64,000 bases of DNA from Antedon mediterranea (Eukaryota > Animalia > Echinodermata). Under the pieces are notes generated by a model. That model was not told the DNA's origin and made no database searches. It saw only the letters and a list, made by a program, of their open reading frames with translations. The position numbers and the translations under genes are program-made. Shown here piece by piece: positions 11,001 through 26,000 of this stretch (positions are counted from its first letter, which is position 1; each line of letters starts with the position of its first letter). The DNA lies in assembly GCF_964355755.1 (NCBI RefSeq), contig NC_092671.1:4836001-4900000 (forward strand). Direction: 5' to 3'.

Positions 11001-14000
11001 CTGGAAGAGATTTAGCAGCTGATGCTAAAGTAAATTCTAATCTTGTTTTAATGACATTTTCATTATTTGATTCTTTTTTCATATCAATTTGATAGAATTT
11101 TGAAAAGCTCTAAAGGAACCAAAGTGAACTTTAGTTACATTGACAAATACAGTTGGATTTTAAAGTACAGATTTAATAGCTACTTTGAAGTAGCTTTGCT
11201 AGTTAATTGGCCCTTTTTTAAACTAGCTCACTGCAGTACGCACTGCTTCCTTGGGCTTGAATCTAACTGTAGCCATCAGCGCAAGTTCTGTGGTCTATTT
11301 GTATTTTGTATTTTGTATTAATATTTGTCCTCAGTGAGGAAATTCGGATTAGGCCCTCCACGGACCCACGGCAGCCAGCAGTGCAGCGCCTACCAGATTA
11401 GGCAATGAGAGTAAAGGATGCAATTAGTATGGTACAGATAACCTCGAACCCATGCCTATCACATGCTAGTCCGATATTACCATTACACCATCATTCTCCA
11501 GTATATACAGCACCCGACCCGACCCGATTTCTAGACGGTCTCCCATCCAGAACGCAACCGGGCCCAACGTTGCTTAACTTCTGGACGTCATGTGTTCGTA
11601 GTCCCAACCGAGAATTATTTGCATGTATTCTTATAATGTACTTAGTATCAATACAATTAAATCTGAGTATGGTAGATTTCTGACAAGTACGTGAAAATAG
11701 TATTAAAATTAATAATTCATTATTATATTTCATTTTTTCAGGCTGCAGCAAGTATGTGGGCGGAGCAACTCAAGGAAATGTTCTGTGAGAATGAAATTAA
11801 ACTGGAGCGTTCAACTTCAGCTGGATTACAACTGACAAACAACGCCTTACTTACTCAATCTTCTGATGTTGATTACTGGGTCAAACAAAGTTCAAAGGTC
11901 AATAAGGACAAAAATAAGTTTAGGGTTCACTCTGCTGAAGCTGCTATCACCACCATTAAAAATATTATTAGTAACAAAAGTGAGTGAACTTTGTTTTGCC
12001 TTTCATAAATTAGTGTGAACACTTTCATGTACAGTAATACCAATATTGTTTAATAAAGAAAAGGTTCTCTTATATCTTGGCATGTACAGTATGAATTAAC
12101 ATTTATTAGGACAGAGATTAATAATACTATTTAAAAATTATAATTTTGGTAATATTTTTTATACAATGTTCTATTAAGTTTCTCATTCATTCAATCATTT
12201 ACTTTGAATTAAATATTTTCAGATCCAAATTCTATCAAAGATGATACAATTGCAAACGCCATTACTGGTAAGTTATATATATATTTTTGGCCAGGTTTTA
12301 ACTTTTAAAACCCCACTTTTGATTTAACGGTACATGTTTTTTTTTTGTCTAAGAGCTTAGGTGTATTTTTTTCGTTCGTATCTACATATTTTTTCTTTAC
12401 AGTATTATACAAAAATAACAAAGCTCTTTCTACACTACAAACTAGTTTGACAAAAAAGTGTGATGTACCCTAATATGGTAGTGATATACCCTAATATGGT
12501 AGTGATATACCCTAATATGGTAGTGATATACCCTAATATGGTAGTGATATACCCTAATATGGTAGTGATATACCCTAATATGGTAGTGATATACCCTAAT
12601 ATGGTAGTGATATACCCTAATATGGTAGTGATATACCCTAATATGGTAGTGATATACCCTAATATGGTAGTGATATACCCTAATATGGTAGTGATATACC
12701 CTAATATGGTAGTGATATACCCTAATATGGTAGTGATATACCCTAATATGGTAGTGATATACCCTAATATGGTAGTGATATACCCTAATATGGTAGTGAT
12801 ATACCCTAATATGGTAGTGATATACCCTAATATGGTAGTGATATACCCTAATATGGTAGTGATATACCCTAATATGGTAGTGATATACCCTAATATGGTA
12901 GTGATAGATGATAGTGTATATAAGGCTTTAGGGACCATGTCAAAATTATTCTACTGCAGTAACTATATTTTGTTTACTTTTTAACTGGTTTATACAACAA
13001 TAAGTATTAGCAAGCCTTTCTTTGTATTCATGCACACTGTTTATTGAGTTGACTGTCTCATAAACATCTACATTGAAAAAAACTAAATAAAAAAATTTTG
13101 TTTCTGCAGTAACTGCAGTAGAATCATTTTCCATGGTCCCTTAAAAAGAAAATTTTAAACTCTCTTTAGGCTCTGTCTACACTATCAAACTTTATGTGAC
13201 AACAGAACCTGATGTGTCCATATGTAGACATGATGATGTCGTATCACTACCAAGTTTGAGCATATCACTACCATATTTGGGTACATCCCCCTTTTTTTGT
13301 CAAACTAGTTTGATAGTGTAGACAGAGCTTTAGGTTTACAATAGTACAGTTAGAAAATTCCTGCATGCTTGATATTGCAAGGTGAATTTAATAGCTGGCA
13401 TTTAACATTATGAATCACTTCATTATATGAATCTTAAATATTATAGTCGAAGAAAATGTCACGTTTGTGTTTAATTGCATCAAAGTGTAATTTTCTGATT
13501 TCACGTAATTGTCTACAGAATTAAGTTCAAAAGTTCACAGATAGAATAGATAATTTGGTGAATTAATGTCATGTGAATTTTAATGATAAAGAAGTTTAAG
13601 AATTGTAATAAATCGTGTGGCTTCAAAGTGAGTCACTTGTTTGGAAATTTGAGAATTTCATAGTTCTATTGAATACAATAATAATAGCTTTGATGTGGTC
13701 TTTGAATTAATCTATTGGTAGTATGATATGTAAACAATTAAATTTAGTGAGTGGATTATATTGTAAACTAGAAAGCCACTCCGAGAGGGCATACCTCCGC
13801 CTACTGTAAACTTCTCCTACATAAGATTTCTCCGGTAAAAAAAATATATATATATATTTGTGTGTGTCTTAATGCTGTTTGTGATTTAGGCTAATTTCAT
13901 TACAAGCATGTGTATGCGAGTTTGGTGTAATGGTTATGTAACAAAAAGCCTTTCAATTAACAATAGCTTCAGTTGACTAACAATAGAACAGCAACACGAA

Positions 14001-17000
14001 AATCAAACGAGTGAATTTGAAAAGAAATAGGTTTTTTAAACTACTCGCATCAAAAAACGTGCACATTAAATCAAATTATGTTTTAAAATTACATATCACA
14101 AATTATAACTCTTGCCTCTTGTTAAAAAATGAAGTTTTTTGGACAAGTAGTTCTCGAGAAAATGCAATTTCAGTTTACTTGTTACTTTAAGACTGCTCGC
14201 CGGCTTTTGAAAAATTCTGTCCTATCTTTTAACACTAGCAGGTCTAAAAAAGTATACTAAAAAGTGGTCCAGAATTGGGACTGTGGTCCCAAATGGTCCC
14301 AAAATGGAATGGTCCTTGACCACATATCTATCTGTCTATTCATTTTGGTAAAGATCTTGTAATTACTTTTTGAGTAATCCTGCTAACAAACAAACAAACA
14401 CACGCTACCGATTACATATACCTCCTTGGCGGAGGTAAAATATGGTCTGTAACTTTATAAACATCTATGAAGGATTAGCATATTCTTTCTTTTATTTATC
14501 ATTTTAATTTAGCTTTTCGATTATTTTATTTGCATCTATTACATTGAGATCCGGTCACTGATAATCCACACTAATCCTACATCATGTTATGATTATTATA
14601 GTCTTTCTGTTTAGGAATTATGGTCGAATTTTTCCATCAATACTTGAATCGACTGATATTTGTTTATGGCACTTTTTTGGAGATTCAAAATATGAAGAAA
14701 AAAAACAAATGTAGATGAATTAAGATTAATGTTTTCAGAGGCAACAGAAAAAAGTGACAGAATTCAAACAACACCAGTACTAGACCAGATCATCAAAGAT
14801 CATAAGCCACTTGTGGCAGAAGACATTCATGTATCAGAAGATGAGGCTTCTGGTGTGTACATCATTTCATCAAGAGCACCATCCAGTGCCATGGAATCTG
14901 AAAGCAGCAACTCTGTCGGCAAGAGGCATAGCATCAGTGTTGATATACCTACTTCGGAGAGTATACTAGATGATATCATTGACACTACAGTTGAAGCGCT
15001 GCTATTCAAGGAGACTGATGGATCCATACAAAGTCTTCAGATGAAAGGAAGCAGCAAGATAGAAAACGATTATATAGAAAAGGAAAATATTAACAGGGAT
15101 AGTGAGTGTTGGACCATTCAGTGCACTTTTCTTTTGAGTGAATTTTCACAAAAGTTGGAACCAGCATTTTTCACCTAATTCGTCCGATGTATAATGTTAA
15201 CAATACTAACAGAACCACCCCCAACATCTTTTTTTATTTCAAACTAATTTTAAAATTCACAATTTTAGATATTTCAATCACTTTTATACTCTTTTTTTAG
15301 TTTTAAGAAATATTTTTGTTAAATCTACATGTTTTCTTGTTTTGTAATTTATTTTATAATATAATAATAATTATAATCCCACCCCCTAATGTCTGTTTAG
15401 GTCTACTTTAGCAGATGAACCAGAGCAGTAGTAGTGAGACTGAGAGTTCATGAAAACCTCTCCTGTATATGCACAAAATCCTACCTTTCTATACTAATTG
15501 TTGCCTCGATTAAATTATTAATAATACAATTCTAATTACTTATAAAATCACTTGTTCTATTGAATCTTTATAAAAATGTTTTATTGTTTTAAAACTGTGT
15601 GTTTTTGTATTGTGAATTAAATTGCCTTGTAAATTTAAATAACATTTTACATTAATTTGTTGATAATATTTACTAATATGTGTATTCTTGTTGTTTTCTC
15701 ATATTTATTATTTGTCACAATATGGTAAGAACAAAACATGCAATTAAATCATGTTCATTTTTTTGATTTATTAGAAGATGCAGAGAAGAAGATCGATGGT
15801 ACTGGTGATGCCCCACCCACAAAGTTACCAAAGAAGTCATCAGCAAAATTATCTGCTTCAGCGCATAGCACATTGTCTGGAAAGAGGTTACCAGAAGAAA
15901 CCTCTTTGGAATTTGATGTAACCAGCTACCAAGGTGTTCAAAAGGAGAAATTACCTGTGAAGGAAGATGGCAAGGATGAGGATGATGACACCCAAGCCTT
16001 CAAAGATGCTATTGATAAGATTGTCAATGAAACAGGTTTGTTGTTTGTTTGTTGCTGTTTTATGTTCTGTTCTCATGTGAGGCTAAGCGAAAAATAGCCA
16101 TGAGAAAATCCCCTCCCTCCACTCTAAGTCCTGATTGAACCCCGGAGCTTAGGAATTGGATTAGAGAATGCCATATTTTTAATAAACAAAAATTAAAATA
16201 AGCTAAACTTGACATAAATAAAAAATTATTATTAGTCACCTCGGTTCAATTCCTGGATCTATCCATATACATATTGAAAAAAAAATCATTTAAAAACTAC
16301 CAATACACTCGCAGCTCAAAATGTGATTCACTACCACATCTTAGATTGATAGATGCACCAAATTTAAAGTGCTATGTCTGTATTACAGAGTGTTGAGCTG
16401 TTGCTTAGTTGGCCATCTAAGTCTTATATTCTGTCTATGGCTATATCACAGTACCAGAACCTCCTGCTACCAAACGTCAGACACGACTTGGTTAAAAAAG
16501 AGGTTTCTTAAATATTTTCCGCATTATGTATTTCAGTATATCAATTACACAAAAATCACTTTCAGGTTTACTTGAAAAAGATAAGAAAGGCAAAAAACAA
16601 AAGAAGACAAAGAAACAAACAACTGTAAGTCCAGAAAGTGACAAAAGTATCAAAGAAGAGCAACAAGATGAAAGAGAAAGGTTTATTGTTGGTAGGTAAT
16701 TTATGTTTTACTTCTCCCACTCAACTTCCTTCATCGTTTTGAAAACATTTGTAGTTTTGATTTTTTTTTTGCTTGTGAGAAGGAGGAATTGTACAACTCT
16801 CAAAATCTTCCTTTCATTAATCGTGGAAATTGATCATCAATGTGTTACCAATTCATTTCGTTTAGTTGAGATTTAATGTACTGTAGTTGGTTTAACTTTT
16901 TATATATATTTTTGATAGTACGTTTTATAGACATTACATGAACTAGAATCACTCATGCTCTTATGCATACTATGTTGACATGTCTACATTGATTCATGCT

Positions 17001-20000
17001 TTATGCCTTAAGCCAAGATATTATTAACAATCTTTGTACAGAAAGATTAATTGGTTTTAAAGTTTAACATGTAAAACATGTTTCTCTGATGACATAGCTA
17101 TTCTTACATCATCACCATAGTCTATTCATTTTCAATAGAAGCGCTACCCTTATTTTCATTATTGACTGGTCACATAAAACTGATCACAACATATCTACTT
17201 GCACTGCTTGGATAGAAACACCCAAGGTGTATGAGGAGGTATATCTTTTCAATATAGATCAAATAAACCTATTGTTAATAGCATAGTCATGTGACCGAGC
17301 GGTTAGGCAGACTCAATTTGACCTCACTTCTAGTAGTAGAACAAGTCTTCTGGTTTAAATACCTGTAGGGTTTATGTACACTCTTAAAAACCCAGTGCAG
17401 ATGCTGTCCGGCCTGCTGTTTCTATCAGGTTTACCTGCACCCAATCCTTCAATAGCTTCGTTTGAGGCTGAAATAAGATTCATGTCATGAAGTAACTTCC
17501 CGAATGATCGTTAATCAAAACGTTACTACGTTTGATCTACTAGCGTTCCTGTTCCCAACTAGTCACCCATTCATAGAATCACTGATAAAGAAAGTCTATC
17601 TGGTGGTGACTATAGAATGGTCCCTCCCAAGTTAGACATGATTATACTTGGCTTTAGTAGATAGAAGATAGAAATGTTTTGTTAGAAATAGAGCATACAA
17701 TGTTTCATGTTTGATTATCACAACAAAATCCAAGAAGTATCCAGCTTCCCTGTTACAATAATTTATTTTTGGTAATACTATAGCAGTTGAGGTCATCAAT
17801 ATAAATAATATAAGTTATGTAACCAATTATTGTTGTTGCTCAGGGTTGCCGGCAAAAGATAAGGCTCCGTACACTCAACCAGGACATTTGTCTGCAAATA
17901 AAGGTTTATTTTAGTTGCTGTGTTTGTTGTTGATAAATAATTCTGCATGATGAGAATATTGTGTGTAGAATAAAGTTATTACCATCATCATAATGGTGAT
18001 TATATCATGTTATCATTACTATCAATATCATTTTTCACTATAATCATATCTTCAGCATGATCATTACTTATTTTTATTATTGTCATTATTATCATCATTT
18101 GTTATCATTTTTATCATTTTTATACCTCTGTATTATCAGCTCTTGCCAACTGAATAGAAGTAATCATGTTGGGATTGTATATTAGTGAACTTTCAGTTTG
18201 AGATAACCTATGACTTATGCATATTGTGTTGTTGGTTGTCTCCTGAACCTAAAATCCACTGGTTTAAAGGATTGATTGAGGGAGTACATCCAATGCTCAC
18301 AATAAACTACAGTAGTTCCTAGTCCTTAAATCCAAAGCTTTCTGACAGTACCCGCCTTTTACTAGAATGTTCATAGAAAATACTAACGGTTTGTTTTGCA
18401 ATAGTGTGAAGAAATTGTTATAAAGTTGAAACTATAACTCTAAGCTTATTGTACCTTTTGTTAACAAATAACATTTTATACAGTATTTCAGTATTGTAGA
18501 ATATTAGAATCATTAATATATGAAAGCTATATAAAAAACATTTTTTTTAAACTTGTAAACTGCATGTTTAAATTGGAATATTGACCGTAGTCTCACTGCA
18601 TTATTAATGTTTAATTGAATGTTGCAGAAGGTTGTGTTGCTAATAACCGTACCTACATGAATATGCGTCCATTTCATGAATATTCGTCCAAATTCACTGA
18701 CCTCTGTTTGTGGTGAAAGGTGAAATATATAAGCTATCGGACAATATTTTAAACATATAAATATATGGATAAATTCCTGCCCTGAAATTGGTACCTCTCC
18801 ACTCCACTATAATATTCTCAGTACAAATTCCGGTCATGTTGATATCCCATAATTCAATTTCAATTTCTTTTACTTCGGAAATTTCCTCCATATCAACATA
18901 ATCCTCAACCCAAAACTTCTTGATGGTTTTCAACACAATTCTGGTAATAGTACCCAGTACCCTACAGCTCCAGAAATTTTTCATGTGTTTGGTAGTGGGA
19001 AAAAATGTATAACAAACAACCATACAGACTCTCTCTATTTTGTAACATACCTTCACTAATCTCTACACAATCTGTTTGCTATACCTTTTGTTTAGAATGT
19101 GGATAGCACAAAAATGTTATAGTGGACTTATTCATGTGAGTACCTAAGCTACTGGATATTATATTTGATTTAATTTAAACTTGAAACATAATATTTACAT
19201 TTGCAGGAAAACCAAAAGAACCTAAAAAACCAGATGCATTAGGTTTCAAAAAACAGAAAAATAAAAAAGTAGTCAAGAAAGAAAAAAAGAAAGTCATCGA
19301 CAAGAAGCCGGTTAAAGGAAAAAAGAAAACTATAACTTCAGATAAGGATAAAACGATTGAAACAGAGAAGGTTGAATCTCCCAAACTAGAAAAGGTAGGT
19401 ATAATGTACTGTATATTGTTGAGAGAAAGGGAGGGAGTGGAGGTATTTTGAGTAGGACGGGAGTGAGTAAGGAAAGAAGCACAGAACATAGGCTGATCCA
19501 ATGTAGGACTTTATTTTTTAAATGGTGAGAAGTAAAGAAAAAAGTTTTTAGAGAATTCAGATAGAATATAGTTTTCCTGTTTCTTTAGTGTGGGAGTTTA
19601 TTTCAGTAAAATTTATATCTAAATTCCTATAGTTATGTAATCTTTTGGTTTCATCTGATATTCAACTCAAGAAAATTATGCATTTCAAAGAAGTTATTAT
19701 TTGTTCCTTTTGCAATATCTCTTAATTCATGTGTTACTTATTTGTCAGATATTCTTTCTATATTTGATATACGGTAACCATAATAAATAAGAATAAAACT
19801 ATTTGTTTTTGATATTGAAAAAAAGAAGATTTATATGACCCGTTTATAATGATGCTGACCTAGTTTCATACAGTGTCTAAATTCAATCACGTTAAATTCA
19901 AATTTGGACTGCTTGTCCACAGTGATTACATAGGTAAATTCACTCTTTTTGCTTCAGGCTAACATAAGACATGTTAAAATCGGTTGTCATGTGTAAAATT

Positions 20001-23000
20001 TGAACTATTATTTTGTAAAACAATTTTTATATTAAAGTAATCTAGGGTTACTCTATCATACAAACCTCCTGATTTCCTGAGACCTCCATCATTTCATCAT
20101 TTTCTTGAATCATTGTATACTACCGTATTATTTTATTGTGATTTAATGAATAAATGTATTTGTAATTTGTAAAACCAGCTAACTCATGTAGACAACCAGC
20201 AAATTGTCAGATATTTTTTTTCAGAATACATTGCTCTCATTTGCGAATATGTTATGAATGTAAATTGTTTACGTATAAAAAGATCAACTTATATTAGCAT
20301 TAAAAGCTGTCATTTAAGATTCTTAAATGGTTTTGGAATAACAGAAAATCTGCAAATGGCTTAATATAAAAACTTCAAACGAAAACAATAAGAAGTCAAC
20401 GTATTGATATATTTTATCACTTCAATAACGTCTGACTATGTAGCTGTTGAGTCTAAAAGTAATTATGCGCACATTCAATAACTAAAAATTAATGCAAATT
20501 ACCAATTTGTGTCTGTCTCCAACCCCCACCCCCTTAGACCAAGAATTTCCCCCCAAAAAAACTGTGTATTTTTTAATTGGTTTCAAAATCATCATTTTCC
20601 GTTTTCCACTTTTAAAGCCAAGGACGATGATGGGTATCACTGAAATATTTGTCAAAATGTTGTTAACCAGTTTTATCCTTTATAACAGAAATTCTTTAGA
20701 GATTTGTTTATACTACTTGTAGGAAGCTGAAGAAGCACCAGCAAACGATGTCCAGTCCACTAAAGAGGAGGAAGTGGTGGGACATTCTCTGACACCAGAC
20801 ATGATGTCCATCGATCAATCTATGTCAGGAAAGTCTTCAGAATCACCAGAATCCCCACAGTTTATTATCATTCATGATGTAAGTTCTATTTTGGACTTTT
20901 TATGTAAAGTTTTTTTTCCACTAGTAAACAACATAAATGCTATTAGATTATGATAGGTCTAGATCCATAATTTCCATTGTAATATCTACAGCAAATCACT
21001 GGTTATTCCAAGTAGTCTGTTGTTTTCTGATTTTAAGTCAACCACTTCAAAAATATATCCATATTTAGTTGAAGAAGTTGACTTAACTTTGAGAGAGCAA
21101 TCAGACAAATTTGATTAACTATTGGTCAGTTTATGGACATTAAGTATGTTTCTGGGTTGTCAACTGACCTGTTTCCAGGTTCTCAACTGACCTGTTTTTC
21201 CACATGTCACTTGTGATTAATTATGTTGCTTGTGTTATATTTTGAAAATAGCACTCATAATTGACAGTTTGATGGACATTAATAATATTTATTAATTTTT
21301 CGTAAATTGGCTACCGGTATATAATTCTCCAAATTTATGACACAGTATTAGGGTTGTGGCACAGTCTTGACAGAAAACTCAAAGTGACATAAACAAATTA
21401 TTAGTTTTTTGTCAAAATTCAATATATTATTATTAATATGAATTAGTATTTTTGTTTATCTTATGCTTTTTTCAGTATTTTAAGAAATAAAATCATTTGT
21501 CTTTGTTTTACAGTTGTCTTTTATTTCTTTTAATCCATTTTCCACTTTGAAATTCTTTGCTTTTATTTTATTTTCATTTTTAACATTTTTATTTAGGAGT
21601 TTTCAGATTCCGATGATGAAGAGGTATTTATTTTTTTTCTGCAAATTGTTGTGTTATTTCTGTTTTACAAAGATTGTTTAACAAAAAAAAACACATTTTT
21701 TATTGCAAAACTTTTATTTATTTGCAAAAGGTTAATTAGTTTGTTTTGTAGTAGTTATTTAATGATTGTATTGTGTATATTATGTTTATGGTTCATTAGT
21801 TTTTGAAAATGTTGTGTAGTGAAGATAATTTGGATTTTGAATGGTTTTTAACAATGTTCTGTCACTTCTAATCTGAGGAAAACTGAACTAAAATACTGAT
21901 ATTAAATATAATTTAGTAAAAGTTATTCTAAAAAAATTATATTGGTACTTGGTAAATTAACAGTAAAGCCCGTCTTTTGGGACGTCCATATTTAGAGGAC
22001 ACCTCTTTTAAAATCATACACCTTCCCATGAAACTAACAAGATAATGGCCAACCTCTAATGTTTAGGCCAACCTCTAATGTTTAGGGGTTTATTAAGGTT
22101 AATAGGGGTTTTTTTTATCCTTGATTGATCCAGCTAATCATCAGAATGAATAAATAAAATTAAATAAAAAATTGTATTCAATATTCAATCTAAATATGAA
22201 TGTAACACACACATTTGTTGTTAGAAATATGGGTTTACCGTTTTAAATTAATAATAATTTAATTAATGGTTTCACGGGTAAGAAGTGACATTACGTAATT
22301 TATGTTTGGTTTATTAACAATGTCGTATAATTCAGAAAACATAATGCATGATACAGTTTTAAACATGATTTATCTGTCATTACCGATCATATAGATATCA
22401 TTATAAATAAGTATATACAGGTATAGTAATTGTAAAAGACAAGAATTAAGTTGTGGTTTGGTGGTTTGGTTATTACATCTGACTACGAATCCCAGAGTTT
22501 CCAGTGACCCAACATAAAAAAGTACTCTTCTATCAATTTCACATCCCCCTCTTACAAGACGATGAATCATCAATATTGATGTACGCAAAGGAATGGTGAT
22601 GAATACAGTATATTTCTACGGAGCCATGCTTACGTCGTATCCCATTTGTGATATGAAAGGGCTAGGTTGTTACGACCTGCCTTGATACTTTGCATCTACC
22701 TCGCCATTGTGTTGCGTCCTAGTGGGAACCAAGCTTAATTGGGACATTGTGTTATATAAAACTTTAATATAGAACTGCCTAATAAATTTACCCATCTAGC
22801 CTTCACAAACAAATTCTCTTAAGTGATCTGAACAACTCTGAAAAACTCAATTATTTTCCACGACCAATGCCAGTTAAGACTCTTAATGTAAAATCATAAA
22901 AATTTTAAAGACTTCTGTGTTTACCGCTAGTATAAATATTAGCATTCTCTTAATGAGAGACCGAAAAGATGAATGCAATTTCACTTTCCAATAGAGAGAT

Positions 23001-26000
23001 ATTCAGTGACTAGATAATTAGTAAAATCGTTGACTCTTTCAATTGTTTATAACTCTTGCTGTTTTTGTTTGTCATGCAATCAAATTTCTTATTTATAATA
23101 TAATTATGAGATCTGGCTAATTTGAGATTTCTCTATAGCAACAAGTCTTTGTTTCATCATAATTAATCATAACACCAAGTGTTAGTAATATTTCAATCTA
23201 CTTATTTTAATTTATTTGCCATGCAGTTTCCAATTATAATGAAAGTCCTCTCACTTGCAGCAAATGACAACTCACGTCATTCAATGATTACATTTTGTAT
23301 TATTATTAAACTTTATTATACAAGAAACAAATAAATTTGTATTTTGTAAAATCATCCTTTATATCAAATAAAAAAATGTAAAATAAGTAAAAAATGTGAC
23401 GAACATCCCCCCAGGTCACACAAAACACTTAAAATAAGAAGGTAAAAATACATACAAAAGGCATACATTTCAGATTGGGATAACAAAAATTATATTAGTC
23501 ACAGCATATTCTACAAAACATTTAAGAATCAATCAAACTAATTCAATAATTTATTGTTTCTAAAGCTCTGTCTACACTATCATACTAGTTTGACAAAAAT
23601 AGTGTGATGCGCCCAAATATGATAGTGATATGTCCATATATGGGCACATCATTTTTTGTCACATAAAGTTAGATATTGTAGACAGATATTCAAAGCAGGA
23701 AATCCTCTAAATTATCAAGTTTCAAACCTTTTAAATTTACATATTTTTATATACATTTAGTTTTACCTAAAGTATGCGCAGGCATAGTTATATTTTAATT
23801 TTCCAAATTCTAGTTGATTTTGAACAATTTCTACTTTTTGTGAAGAAAAAAAATAGTGCAACCAATCAGAGATCAGGAAATGAGTTACCACACAAGCAAA
23901 TGATAAAAATGCAAAAAAAAATAATTTGTACAAATAAATTTGCATAATGTAAAAAATGATTTGTAATGATATTTCTTATTGATCTACAACACAGCAGATA
24001 TTGTGTTAATGGTTACTTATGATGTAATGAGGTTAACATTGGTCGTGACGTTGCTTTTAGTGTGCATCTAGGGACAATTAATCAATAACGAAATAAAAAC
24101 TATTTAGACGGGCCATTAATTCAAAGTTTAAACTACTGACACGCAAGCAATTCAATGCACTTATCGTAAGTGATCAAGCAAATTTGGTGCATAGTTGACG
24201 TTATTAAACTAAGGTGCTTGTTTACAGTACAATATTTTTGCACATAACTTTATTTGGTAATTTTAATTATCATGTTTTGGGTGTACAAATCAAGTCAACT
24301 TCCCCAAAAATACACACCCTATGAATTCCAGAAAAGACTCCAAAAGCCGGAGGTCATCTCCGCACAACATTTTTTTCCATATTTTACAAATATGTACAGA
24401 TTTTTCATGGTATTTTGAGCCAATCCACAGGTGTTTTTGGGGTTTGTTGACTATGGTTAAGAATAAGTAGGCTAGAAATTGTGGTATAATGGTTTAGGTG
24501 CCCTGTGGTTGATAATCAAATGGTGTTGTTCGGTTCAATCTTGCAAACATGATTTATTTGAATATGCACTAGCTTAACTTTTTTTAGAAAACTTGTCTAC
24601 AAACTTGTGGTAATTGCTGACTTGTAAACCGTAATCTTTTGATCCATAGATAATGCTCTTGTATGTAGTGTTGATAGTACTTATTAATTCAGAATACATT
24701 AGCCTTTCTAATACACCATGCAGGACTTATTGCTTGCATGGCGAGGCACCAAAAACTATAATGTAATAGAGCATTTTATGCATGCCCATCATCCAAACAA
24801 ACAGACTATCTACTACTCAAATATAAATGCTGATTGTAATAGTATGTTGTATGTAATCTTCAATGCTGTATTATGTAATAACAAAATACTGTATTAACAT
24901 ATATACCTGCAAAAATGTTCATGTGCATGTTAAAAAGAATTATTCAACATTTCATTTTTTGTCATATATAATAATATCCTGGATTTATAAAGCACCTAAA
25001 ATTATTGATAGTGTAGACATTATTATATATTATGGTAGAATTCTTGTTGAATTTACAACAAAAAATTGAAAGAACACATCATGCATTAAAATAATGTTAG
25101 CCTTTAGCAAAAATAATTTACCTTTATCCACCTTTAAAATGTAATATATAGAACAGATTTAATTAAGTAGTAGTATGTTTGATTTTTTATTTATTTTTCT
25201 TTCATTGTTTTTTATTTATTTAAAATATGTTTTGATTATTATTATTTTGTTTTCATTTCATCTACATACTAATATATGAATGATGTTAGTAACTGACTGC
25301 ATGTGGATAATTTAATTAAAAAATGAATTGCTTGCAGTGAGTAGGGCGAGTGCAAAAATGTCTGCAGTTAAAGAAGCTTCTCATTGATAGAGTCAAGAAA
25401 TGTTACTTCAGCAGAAATACAAGAAGAATAATAATGTGACATTTATATAGCACTATTTTAAGGGTTTGATGACATTTAAGGGTTTGATTGTTAAAAATTA
25501 TCTAGACTTTGAGTAGGAAATAGGCTAACCAAATAAACCAATGAAAAAGATTCAACCACCACCACACTGTTCCCCTGCATTTTAAGATTTAAGGCCCGCC
25601 TTGACAGTATTAAGTGCGATAGTGGTGTTTGGCATCTATACCTAGCTACAACATTTTTGACAACACTATTTTCAACATATAGATTTTATCAGTATGTAAT
25701 ATTAATAAAAACATACACAATAAAACCTGAGTATTGTTAATAAATTATTCATAAATTTATTAATATTTATTCTAGCCAATTGCATTGAGAGATGATACTA
25801 AGTCCTCTTCAACTATTGATGATAACATGTCTGATGTGATGTCATCAATAACTGAGGTACGGTTTATATTCACTATTATGTATAAACCATTTACAATTGT
25901 ATTCATAATTGCTGAATAAGAGACAATTTCTGCAAAGTAAAGATTATTTGGTGATTTTATTTTAACTTGATAGAATTGTAGTAGGTAATAATATGTAGTC

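Noticed and set aside
11506-11603. Functional 5S rRNA gene
   Set aside because: It has an internal deletion and substitutions, lacks a T-run terminator, and is fused to a SINE body. A weaker 5S-like trace near 17540-17575 is too degraded to call.
12435-12984. 167- and 174-aa repeat ORFs; also CRISPR-like regularity
   Set aside because: These are translations of a 21-bp minisatellite inside an intronic MITE. There are no unique spacers or cas genes, and the context is eukaryotic.
15401-15453. Possible alternative terminal exon of the KIAA2012-like gene (also about 25338-25387)
   Set aside because: Acceptor-like AGs exist, but the compatible phases stop within a few codons or do not match the upstream exon.
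18694-19056. 120-aa minus-strand ORF in an intron
   Set aside because: It lies between weak inverted ends (about 18648 and 19142) of a probable old element and has no identifiable motif.
24332-24352. Possible 21-nt microexon KRLQKPE
   Set aside because: Poor polypyrimidine tract and a weak GTCATC donor.
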